Under the pieces are notes generated by a model. It searched no databases. It saw only the letters and a list, made by a program, of their open reading frames with translations, and was not told the origin of the DNA. A program made the translations under genes and the position numbers. From assembly GCA_965197475.1 (NCBI GenBank), contig CBDANF010000003.1, forward strand, positions 3,072,001 to 3,136,000: DNA of 64,000 nucleotides. Direction: 5' to 3'. Source of the DNA: Candidatus Poribacteria bacterium (GTDB taxonomy: Bacteria; Poribacteria; WGA-4E; WGA-3G). Below are positions 49,922 to 58,770 of the stretch, piece by piece (position 1 is the first letter of the stretch; the number at the start of each line of letters is the position of its first letter).

Positions 49922-52117
49922 TCAATTGAGATGTTTTTCAAACCAACCGATGATCCGTTCCCAGCAATCGGCTTGCTGTTCGGATTGCCAACTAAGTGGA
50001 TGATGGCCTTCTCCCCTGTACCAGGCAAAAGTCGCTTCCTTCTTAAGTCTACGTAATCCAGAAAAAAGTTCTCCAGATTGCGCATAGTCAAAACCGCCAA
50101 AACCTTCTCCACAATAAATAAATAACGGTGTTTCAACCTTATCCAAATGAAATATGGGCGAATTGTCAATATATCGCTGGTGTTGTTGCCAGAGCGAACC
50201 GCGCATACGTCCCTGTCCCTCTTCTGCCCAACCAATGCGGTTACTATGTCCCTCTTTAGAAAGTTGCCCGTAAAAGCTAGTCAAATTGTAGAGACCGCCG
50301 CCGCAAGATGCTGCTTTGAAACGGGTGGTTTGCGTTATCACTCCCACTGTACTGTATCCACCGTAACTGAATCCCATTATTCCCAAACGATTTGGATCGG
50401 CGATACCCATTTCAATTACTTCGTCTACGACCGATAGCACGAATCCAGACATATCTTTTAACGATTCGTTGGATTCAGGCGGCATATCAACACCGAGTAT
50501 TGCAAAACCTTGTGCTGCAAGCAGTTGAAAGTTAATCTCTGTCCTCCGTTGGAACCCAAAACTATAAGCATACCTTGATAAGTTGTCTCCGGGATAGACC
50601 CATGTAATTAAAGGATAACACTTTCCTGCCTCGTAGTTGGCTGGCAGCATCAAAACATGACGGAAACATTGACCTTCCACTGTTTCTGATTTGATGAGAC
50701 GGATTTCACCAAAGTCTAAATTATATAGATGTGGATTGAGCTCAGTAACTTGATGTCGTTTTCCCGTGACTATATCGAATGTCCAGATTTCTTCTGATCG
50801 AGTCGTATCTTCTGATCTATATACAATCTGTGTGCCATCACCCACAACCTCAAAATCATCAAGAATTGACCAAGGATGGAATAGATGAATAGGCTCCTCA
50901 AACAGACAGGTAGCACGTGCTTCAGCAGTGTTTATCGAATAAAAACCATCTTTTCTCGTTTCTGGATCATGGGTTTGGATACAGATAGCTCGTTCTTCGC
51001 TTGATTGCCAAACGGCATGTGTCCTCACTTTCGCTATGATGCAAACGATGTCTCGATTCAAGCCTTCTGTAAGTTTCCGCGCATTGCTTCCGTCTGATGC
51101 AATCTCCCACACATGTCCATCAAAACCGCAGAAAACCGAGTTTCCTGATGCGTTCCATAATGGTCGTGTGAAAAACCGAGGGTTCTCTGCAAAATTCTCG
51201 GTAAGGTTTTTCTGTTCATCGCCCTGTGTTGATGTCAAAAAGAGACCATCCGGGTGAGCAAATACCAGCTGCTCAGCATCTGGTGCCCAACTCACGACTC
51301 TTGCTCCATGTCTTATTTTTGTCGCCAAGCGTCGTATTGGTGTTCCATCTAAAGGTACTAATAACAACTCAAAAAGGGTTGCCTGAGATGTCAATTTTTC
51401 CGGTCCTATCAAGTTCATCACCGCAACTGTAGTGTTATTCGGAGAAAGGGACATGTCTAATGCATGTAATCCCCGCATCAAAATCGATACGTCACCAGTC
51501 TCAAAGTCGAAAACCGCTAAATCCGCCTTGAGATATGCGACTGAATTTAGTTTCTTCTTTGAAGAAAACTGTTCATCTGTTTCAGTCTGCCAGACATTTA
51601 TAGCTTGTCCCTCAGAATCAGGAGAAATAATTGTGGAAATATCCATATCTTCTGGCCGTAATCTTGTAATGAGTTGTTTTCCATCTGATGTCCACTGTGG
51701 TGCTTCAAAACCGTATACTGGACAAATCGGTTTTTCGCTAATTCGCCACTGTTTATTTTCAATTTTATCCCAAACCCAAAGTTGCGGAGCACCCATTCGG
51801 TCAGAGCAAAATGCGACATAGCGTCCATCTGGTGACCACCTTGGTGCCCAGTCAACTCCCACATCTGAACCAAGCTTGTAAGACTCCTTTGTCCTGATAT
51901 TGGCAACCCAGACCTCATTACAATGAGCATGAACGGGTGCGCCAGTAGAAAGAAATCCTGAGAATTCTGTGGTTTTCTGTTCAGATGGTGACTTTCGATT
52001 GGGATCCTTCACGACATAGGCAAGCCACTCACCATCTGACGAAAGCTGCAATACCGAAAGTAATGAAAAAGACTTCATTTCCTGTACATCTGAAATGGTT
52101 AATGTATTGTGAGCCAT
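49922..52117 (-). CDS. S9-family (prolyl oligopeptidase/acylaminoacyl) peptidase
   Basis: PD40-like WSPDG propeller repeats, GFSYGG nucleophile and GEGH His. Confidence 0.92.
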   Translation of the reverse strand: MAHNTLTISDVQEMKSFSLLSVLQLSSDGEWLAYVVKDPNRKSPSEQKTTEFSGFLSTGAPVHAHCNEVWVANIRTKESYKLGSDVGVDWAPRWSPDGRYVAFCSDRMGAPQLWVWDKIENKQWRISEKPICPVYGFEAPQWTSDGKQLITRLRPEDMDISTIISPDSEGQAINVWQTETDEQFSSKKKLNSVAYLKADLAVFDFETGDVSILMRGLHALDMSLSPNNTTVAVMNLIGPEKLTSQATLFELLLVPLDGTPIRRLATKIRHGARVVSWAPDAEQLVFAHPDGLFLTSTQGDEQKNLTENFAENPRFFTRPLWNASGNSVFCGFDGHVWEIASDGSNARKLTEGLNRDIVCIIAKVRTHAVWQSSEERAICIQTHDPETRKDGFYSINTAEARATCLFEEPIHLFHPWSILDDFEVVGDGTQIVYRSEDTTRSEEIWTFDIVTGKRHQVTELNPHLYNLDFGEIRLIKSETVEGQCFRHVLMLPANYEAGKCYPLITWVYPGDNLSRYAYSFGFQRRTEINFQLLAAQGFAILGVDMPPESNESLKDMSGFVLSVVDEVIEMGIADPNRLGIMGFSYGGYSTVGVITQTTRFKAASCGGGLYNLTSFYGQLSKEGHSNRIGWAEEGQGRMRGSLWQQHQRYIDNSPIFHLDKVETPLFIYCGEGFGGFDYAQSGELFSGLRRLKKEATFAWYRGEGHHPLSWQSEQQADCWERIIGWFEKHLN

Positions 52118-52208
52118 CTTTTTGCCTCATTTATGTTTTATGTTGCATGACACAAGTCAATCCAATTATTGAAGTGCTACCGTTTATTCAGACCAAAATT
52201 TAGCAAAG

Positions 52209-53039
52209 TTAAGACAAGTTTTTTTGCTCAAATTCCACAGGTGTCAAATACCCTAACGCAGAGTGAGGGCGTTTGTGATTATACACTTGTGTAATAAAAT
52301 GCCCAATGCGGGTTCTTGCTTCGTGGATGTCCTCATAGTCATTGAGATGAACTTCTTCTTCCTTGAGCGTGCGGATAAGTCTTTCAGCATATCCGTTCTC
52401 CCAAGGACACCCTCTCCGGGCGACTGAAATCTCAATCCCATGATGCCTAAGCAGTGAGATGGACGCATTTGAAAGATATTGAACGCCTTGATCAGAATGA
52501 TGGATCTCTGGGACACTTTGACATAATGCTGTCTCCAAGGGTTTCAACGTCAGAGATTGCGTCAAGTGTTGACTGATATGCCACCCTCTGATCATGCGAG
52601 TGAAGACATCCATGAGCAGACAAACATAGATAAAGTGTCCTTTGAGGCGGACGTAGGTAATATCGCCCACCCAGACCTGATTACATCGGGAGACATCAAG
52701 GTTTTCAAGGCGATTGCTCCAGGGACGCACACCCGCAACGGATGTCGTGGTTTGACAGACACGCTTGACAGAAACCGAGAGGTTGGCGGACTTCATCAAT
52801 CGGGCAACACGTTTATACCCGATGGTGTATCCGCTACGCACCAACAACTGTGTGGGACGCCTATATCCGTATGTTGGATATAGCAAAGATAACGTCTCTA
52901 TTTCATCCTGGAGGCCCGCTTCACACGGGGCCTGCTTGGAGTGATAATAGAGGTTGCTTCGGTTGAAACCGAGTGTCTCACATATCTGCCGAACCGAAAA
53001 GTCTGTCCGTAATGCCGTAACCATTTCTCGCTGCTCCAT
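52209..53039 (-). CDS. IS3 transposase OrfB (rve DDE), joined to OrfA by -1 frameshift
   Basis: YGYRR, WVGDITY, HHSDQG, ENGYAER and YN..RPHSALGY. Confidence 0.93.
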   Translation of the reverse strand: MEQREMVTALRTDFSVRQICETLGFNRSNLYYHSKQAPCEAGLQDEIETLSLLYPTYGYRRPTQLLVRSGYTIGYKRVARLMKSANLSVSVKRVCQTTTSVAGVRPWSNRLENLDVSRCNQVWVGDITYVRLKGHFIYVCLLMDVFTRMIRGWHISQHLTQSLTLKPLETALCQSVPEIHHSDQGVQYLSNASISLLRHHGIEISVARRGCPWENGYAERLIRTLKEEEVHLNDYEDIHEARTRIGHFITQVYNHKRPHSALGYLTPVEFEQKNLS

Positions 53040-53044
53040 CGAGG

Positions 53045-53335
53045 CTAACTCAAGTAAGTTGAGGCTTTTTTTTGGATGTCAAGTGCCAAGGTCAACCGCC
53101 CAACGAGTTGCTCAAGTTGGGCGATCCGCTCCGCAGAGGCATCAGACTGTTTATCAGCGGGTTCAAAGAGGGTCGCCGCTTTTTCAAGAAGCTGTCGCTT
53201 CCACTTTGAAAGTTGTTCATCGATGAGGTTATGTCGCCGACACACTTCTGCTTGGGAACTTTCAACGCTGAGAGCCTCAAGAACAACTTCGGCTTTAAAC
53301 TCGGGGGTGAAGTTTCTTCGTTTTCGTTTCGCCAT
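53045..53335 (-). CDS. IS3 transposase OrfA (HTH)
   Basis: RRNFTPEFKAEVV..W.RQ. It contains an A8 slippery run at 53066-53073. Confidence 0.93.
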   Translation of the reverse strand: MAKRKRRNFTPEFKAEVVLEALSVESSQAEVCRRHNLIDEQLSKWKRQLLEKAATLFEPADKQSDASAERIAQLEQLVGRLTLALDIQKKASTYLS

Positions 53336-53499
53336 CGGATACTCCTTTCAAGGAGATGGATATTATACCATAATCTTGTCTTAGAGAGCGGCCCGAATTT
53401 CCGATGGCAGTACATATGCTTGTCTATTACACAATTATTGCTCAATAAAGTATATGGTATCAGTCCAGAGATGTCAACATCAATTTGATACAATTTACA

Positions 53500-53529
53500 T
53501 TGACATCGTAAGATAAAACCTGTTAGAAT
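53500..53529 (+). promoter_or_regulatory. Sigma70-like promoter upstream of the UxxU barrel gene
   Basis: TTGACA-N18-TAGAAT. Confidence 0.55.
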
Positions 53530-53623
53530 TTACATGGGAAGGGACAAAATGAATTTAACCGAACAACTGAACGATAAACATCAACTAACAATACAAAACA
53601 CATTATCCTGAGGTAAAGACAAT

Positions 53624-54667
53624 ATGAAAAACCTCCTTTCGGTAATTTTAGCCATCCAATTCATTTTCATCTCCCTCGGTTTCGCACAAGAGAGCTGAGG
53701 CGCGTGAAGCAACCCCACAATCCCACAGGGTGGGGGTAGTGAAGTTAGTTTAACTTCAGAGCAAAAGAAATTTCAAGTCTCTTTTGGCACACGCGGATTC
53801 AGCGCACAAGGTGGACACCTTGAAAAAAAAGGACTTTCTTCTACTGGTAACGTTATAGAGGTAGCAGATCATCGACATGAAGTGCAGTTGAACGTAGTCC
53901 GGTTTGATGTCGGATTTAAATATCAACTCAGTGGAGAGTGGCGATTGGAAGCGACCCAGCCTTATGAGATAAAAAGTCAAGATGCAAGTATTCCAGATAT
54001 CGATTCGGTTGATGATCCTGAAATGAAAAATGCCATGTTACGGAATCAGGATATCCACCATCGTAACGCGACCTATAGCGGTGTTTCGGATATGGATCTT
54101 CTGTTAGGTTATACCAAGCATGGAATTCTTGGAAAAAACGACATGCTCACGGCAAAACTCGGCACGACAATTCCGTTTGGCAAAACCGAAGAGGACCCGT
54201 GGGTGCTCGGAGATATGGGAAAGCAACATCTACACATCCAATTCGGCACAGGGACATTTAATCCGATTGCGGATATGCGCTACAGTTTTCCTGTCTATGG
54301 CGGGTTAGCTGCAAATGCAAGTATCCGAGGTAAGGTTCCTTTCTATGAAAACAGCAAGACCTATCGCGGTTCGTGGGATGTTACCTACACTGGTGGATTG
54401 AATTATCGGGTGAATAAGTGGCTTTCGCTTCAAACGAGTTATCTTGGTCTTTATCAATCCTATGCGTATTGGGCAGGGGAAAAGGACATCAATACTGGTT
54501 TACGTTTTAGTATGGCATCGCTGGGCGCGTCCATTGCGACTCCTTATAACGTTCCGCTGTCTATTATGTTGATGTTGCCGATACAACAGGAAACCCTTTA
54601 TGATGCTGATAGTGATGCGTTTGAATTGGGGATGTTGGTTTCCGTAACTGCGTTGTATTCATTTTGA
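53624..54667 (+). CDS. Predicted outer-membrane beta-barrel selenoprotein with N-terminal UxxU motif (347 aa)
   Basis: GAGGT RBS, then MKNLLSVILAIQFIFISLGFA|QES-U-GA-U-SNPT... UGAs at 53696-53698 and 53705-53707; no further stop until it joins ORF 53882-54667 in frame. Barrel motifs SGVSD, GTTIPFG and IQFGTGT; terminal TALYSF. Confidence 0.8.
53712..53737 (+). promoter_or_regulatory. Putative SECIS hairpin
   Basis: accccacaatcccacagggtgggggt folds as CCCAC-AGG-GTGGG or ACCCCAC..GTGGGG, just 3' of the second UGA. Confidence 0.6.
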
Positions 54668-54731
54668 ATAATAGTTTGCAAAAACTGATAGGTGCGCATT
54701 TGTAATAGAACAAATCACGCACCTTTTGCTT

Positions 54732-54925
54732 TTAATACTCATCGAGTGTGTCATAGCACATCAATATCCCTGCCACAGAGGCGCGAATCTCCTGCCCTTC
54801 CTTGACGAGTAAACGCCTTTTCAGGAGTAGCTCCTCTATCTCATCTTCAGCGGCACTTTCTGTGATAAATCTGCGATAGAGCGGTTCTCTTAATGTCCCT
54901 TGATATGTATTTGGGAGGAACTGTT
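54732..54925 (-). pseudogene. Internal fragment of a Schlafen/AlbA-type ATP-binding (RecG-C-like) protein
   Basis: PNTYQGTLREPLYRRF..EELLLKRRLL...ASVAGILM resembles the mid-region of that family. There is no proper N- or C-terminus. Confidence 0.45.
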
Positions 54926-54990
54926 TGTCAATACGTTTGGTTGAAATGTTATACATTGTTCTTCCAGTGATAGCAGTTTTGTTATTGTTA

Positions 54991-57747
54991 CTACACGCTA
55001 TATGAGTAATCCAAAGATTTCAATTCATACCATATTACATCAATTTCAAGTGGACATAGTTCTTTTTTGATTCTTTCTATGTGATTAGTTATGTTTTGAG
55101 ATGGTTGTTGCTTATCTATACATGAAAACAAAACTATGTCTGGCTTTACTTTCTTGGCAATTTCTGCCGTTTTATCAAAATCATTTATATTGAAAAGACC
55201 TATTGATTGCTTGACTTCACCGATAATGAATTTGCCATCCTGAATGCATGCAATATCTATTTCTGCAATTAAATCTAAGTCTTCGGATGATGTGTCCTGA
55301 CGTTCAGCATATAGATTTAAATTCGGAGAATAGAGGAAAGAGTCTCTGCTTTCATCAAGCAATTGTCCCAAAACCAAAATCAGAGGTGTAGTTCCATGTT
55401 GGGCATGTGCAGCATGGACGAGATTATTCAATCTATAGTACCAATCAAGTTCCGGCTGTAAAGGAAACGGTATCCTGCACCCTTGACAAATTAAGTGCTG
55501 ACCAATATCGTCTACATGGTACCAGTTTGTCATACCGCAATTAGTAGGACATTGTGGTCTTACGCCAATCTGAATAATATTCCTTTGCGTAAGTTCCGAA
55601 AGATTATCTTTAACCTCTTCTGCACTAAAACCAAAACCCGTTAGATCCTTTTCAGAATAGTTACCTGTTGAATTTTCATTTTCAAAAAACTTATCTTGCC
55701 ATGCCTCAGCTTCTGCTGTAAATGCTTTGAAAGGTGACTCTTTCTGTTTTAATGTGAGAACTTTAGCAAGATTTATTGCCTGCGTTGCCAGTGATTCAAT
55801 TGCGTTTTTATCATCTGCAGTCAACGTACCCGACCTATCTATAAGTTTTCTAATTTTGTTAGTAACAAATTCTTGAGCGTTCTGTACTGCGTTAGTGTTT
55901 TTGGATAAAATATCAAACATAGATCGCCAATATGGGTTCCTAAACACCTCATACGCTAAAGTCAGATTACCGAACAGTTCCAAGACACCTTGTAAGTATT
56001 TCCCTTTGTCGGATATGTCAGCGTGATAGTATTCTGTTTTTGTAATCTGAGTGCGTGGATCATTGTTAGCATACACATGACGATTATTATTAAAAAACAG
56101 AGAAGATACTACCGACTCAGGATTCTCCATGGTGAACTTTAATACTTTTTCTCCTCTTTTCATCAGAGCTGAAGAGAAGTTATTTTGTCTGATTCTGCTA
56201 AATCTGTCAAACATGTAATACGTCAAATGATTTCGGCTTGGAAACATCCAGAGAAGGAAATGCCCATCCATTCTCCTTATTACATCGTCGGTATTTCCAT
56301 ACCGATCATGAGTGAACTCAATATAAAAATCTGCCATCCAATGACCGTCCGGATCATGTTGTAATAATCCGTTTGGTTCAGTTAATTCAAGTATGTTTGT
56401 ATTACCTTGTCCCCTATGAAGTTCAATATTACTATCTCTATCGGAAAATGGATTTTCGCGTAGTGAGAATAATGGATATTCAGGACGAAAATTAGGTATT
56501 TGAGGATCACCGTAACATTTTACGTCTGTATGCGTCCTCAGTTTATTTTGAAATCTACTTGCAATATTCTTGAGATCCTCTTCTTCAGTGCTGAAACTCA
56601 CAAACTGGACTGTTTTGGTGTTCTGCCGCTCAATCCAAGAGTTTTTGCTAATCCAAGCACATAGAGCATCTTCCATATTTGGATCGGTTGCTAAGGCAGT
56701 GGGAACCCATAACTGATACATATACTGGCGTTTCCATCGACTTATCAACCAAGGTCTGTTCCAAAAATAGACAAGATCTTCTATGGTATCGCCCACAATA
56801 ACTTGAAAACGATCTTGTTCTTGTTTATCAACATCTCGTTCTGTATTCGGAAAAGCACAAATTTGATCACGGTATATTATATTATTTGTGTTAGCGAGTT
56901 CTGATAAAGCATCAACGAGACTTTCCTGATCAACCGTTAAGTATATATTTTTCTCAATCTCAATCTCATTAGAGTTGAGACTCTTACTTTTCCTATAAGG
57001 ATGAACAATTAATTTTTCATCCTTTCGTTCAATGTAGTGTATACCGTTATTTTCTTTATCTATTATTGCCCAATTTCCAGGTTTTTGCACTGATTCTTTA
57101 CTGAACACTTCCTGAGAAAAAGGTATACCTTTTTCTTCAAGTCCTTTTTCTATAAACCCTTCATGTACCTCTTGAGGCACCTCTCCTCGTGATAACGATG
57201 CCTCAAGCGATTTCGGAATATCAAATGCATCCCAACCGTGATGATACCTTCCGTTTGCAGATACTCCAAAATTGCGGTTAATAAAAAGTTTATCCACGTT
57301 GGTATCCATCTCATCTACATTAAAAAGTCCAAGTATTGGTTCTCCAAACAATACCAATGTTTCAGGGATATTTACTGATTTAGGATTTGCACGGGCGGGG
57401 GAAATGCGTGTACTAACCCCTGTTACTAATCTTGAATTGTCATCTTCTCGAAACTCTTCAATTGTCAAAGGAGATAGGAAGTTCTCAAATTTTTCTATGA
57501 GTTCATTGCTCAGTGGCACTAAGGGTTTGATAATATCTGGGTCAACGTCACGTAGAAACTTCCACCAATTATCTTCGATTGTGATTCCATCAGTTAGAAT
57601 AATTGGGTTGAAACGACCACCCCACAATCCCCGGTTGAAATTTATTATTTGATCGACTATCTCAATACTGTCCTGTGAAGGATTCACAAGGAACACGATC
57701 CGCATCGGACGTTTATCTATGTAAATGGAATATGGATTTGTGAACAT
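54991..57747 (-). CDS. 918-aa uncharacterised protein with C-terminal Zn ribbon and PD-(D/E)XK nuclease-like domain
   Basis: N-terminal RPMRIVFLV..LWGGRFNPII; CPTNC..CQGC; EIDIACIQDGKFIIGEVKQS. Confidence 0.75.
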   Translation of the reverse strand: MFTNPYSIYIDKRPMRIVFLVNPSQDSIEIVDQIINFNRGLWGGRFNPIILTDGITIEDNWWKFLRDVDPDIIKPLVPLSNELIEKFENFLSPLTIEEFREDDNSRLVTGVSTRISPARANPKSVNIPETLVLFGEPILGLFNVDEMDTNVDKLFINRNFGVSANGRYHHGWDAFDIPKSLEASLSRGEVPQEVHEGFIEKGLEEKGIPFSQEVFSKESVQKPGNWAIIDKENNGIHYIERKDEKLIVHPYRKSKSLNSNEIEIEKNIYLTVDQESLVDALSELANTNNIIYRDQICAFPNTERDVDKQEQDRFQVIVGDTIEDLVYFWNRPWLISRWKRQYMYQLWVPTALATDPNMEDALCAWISKNSWIERQNTKTVQFVSFSTEEEDLKNIASRFQNKLRTHTDVKCYGDPQIPNFRPEYPLFSLRENPFSDRDSNIELHRGQGNTNILELTEPNGLLQHDPDGHWMADFYIEFTHDRYGNTDDVIRRMDGHFLLWMFPSRNHLTYYMFDRFSRIRQNNFSSALMKRGEKVLKFTMENPESVVSSLFFNNNRHVYANNDPRTQITKTEYYHADISDKGKYLQGVLELFGNLTLAYEVFRNPYWRSMFDILSKNTNAVQNAQEFVTNKIRKLIDRSGTLTADDKNAIESLATQAINLAKVLTLKQKESPFKAFTAEAEAWQDKFFENENSTGNYSEKDLTGFGFSAEEVKDNLSELTQRNIIQIGVRPQCPTNCGMTNWYHVDDIGQHLICQGCRIPFPLQPELDWYYRLNNLVHAAHAQHGTTPLILVLGQLLDESRDSFLYSPNLNLYAERQDTSSEDLDLIAEIDIACIQDGKFIIGEVKQSIGLFNINDFDKTAEIAKKVKPDIVLFSCIDKQQPSQNITNHIERIKKELCPLEIDVIWYELKSLDYSYSV

Positions 57748-57808
57748 AATAATGTATGAATCCTCCCGAATGTTTGGTTAACTATCAGTAGACGATAACC
57801 GATTCTGA

Positions 57809-58651
57809 TTAAGTTTGTGTTGTCTGTGGAACTGCTTCAATTTTGAGTAGTCCATCTATCTCTTGTATCCTTAACTTTTTTGTAATTTCTTGATCTTGAT
57901 AAACACTGTATTTAGAAATATCCAGTATTTGCTTAGGGTTATATTTTGGTTCATATGGACTGTTGGTATCAAATATTAATGAGTATTGTAGGTGATTGTC
58001 AATAAGACTAAGAGTCTTCGGATTAATATTTCTGTTTCGAATCGTGTCGTAAGCATCTATGTGTCCAGTATAGAAACCTTGACCGATATTACTGCGGAGC
58101 AGATGTACAAAAATATGTAGATCGTCAAAGTCACATCTCATCTCTCGGTCAAGCACGAAATCAAAAAGTTTAGGTTGTAAATTTCGAAGATTATTTTCTA
58201 TTGAGAGATCCCCTTTATGATTTGGATAATCTATGGATATGAAACAACTCACGATTTGCTTTAAAAGCCTTAAAGGATTGAATCTTATTTCTCCTTCTAT
58301 ACTTTGGACATCAGGTGTTAGGTCAGAATTTGCAATCTGATCCCACTGTTTTTTCCAATCTATGTATGCGTTTCCATACCAAGATCCTGTAGTATTGTTA
58401 CATTTTTCACATAAACTATATTTTTTCGGTCCACCTTGTTCGTGTGTAACTAATCCTGCTCTACTTAATTCTTGAAAATTTCTTGATTGTGGCTTTTCTG
58501 TCATAGATATGTACATTGGATCTTTGATTTTCACTTGGAATGGTTTAGTATGATTACGTTTGGCACCAGGGAATATGTGTTCTATTGTAAGTTCAATATT
58601 TTGGGCATTACATAATGCACATGTTCCAGTCATTTTTTTCTTTTTACTCAT
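57809..58651 (-). CDS. HNH endonuclease-domain protein
   Basis: CALC..EHIFP..LCEKCNN Zn-binding HNH signature, with a GGAG RBS. Confidence 0.78.
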   Translation of the reverse strand: MSKKKKMTGTCALCNAQNIELTIEHIFPGAKRNHTKPFQVKIKDPMYISMTEKPQSRNFQELSRAGLVTHEQGGPKKYSLCEKCNNTTGSWYGNAYIDWKKQWDQIANSDLTPDVQSIEGEIRFNPLRLLKQIVSCFISIDYPNHKGDLSIENNLRNLQPKLFDFVLDREMRCDFDDLHIFVHLLRSNIGQGFYTGHIDAYDTIRNRNINPKTLSLIDNHLQYSLIFDTNSPYEPKYNPKQILDISKYSVYQDQEITKKLRIQEIDGLLKIEAVPQTTQT

Positions 58652-58770
58652 TATTCACTCCTTTAATGGTTTATAAAAATAGGGTATCACAGGATATCGT
58701 AAAATTGCAATCTAAATAAAAAGTCGTATTGGGTGATTTTGTTTAGTGTTTTGAATAAAAACATGGATTA

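Larger units (their letters stand above)
52170..53414 (-). mobile_element. IS3-family insertion sequence (1245 bp)
   Basis: TG...CA ends with an imperfect IR (16/25) and a 3-bp TAT target duplication (52167-52169 / 53415-53417); contains orfA and orfB. Confidence 0.92.

Noticed and set aside
53696-53707. Treating the two TGAs as nonsense mutations or as genome-wide UGA reassignment
   Set aside because: The upstream RBS and signal peptide and the downstream frame are intact, the spacing is CxxC-like, and other genes terminate at TGA. Sec is more parsimonious, though not proven.
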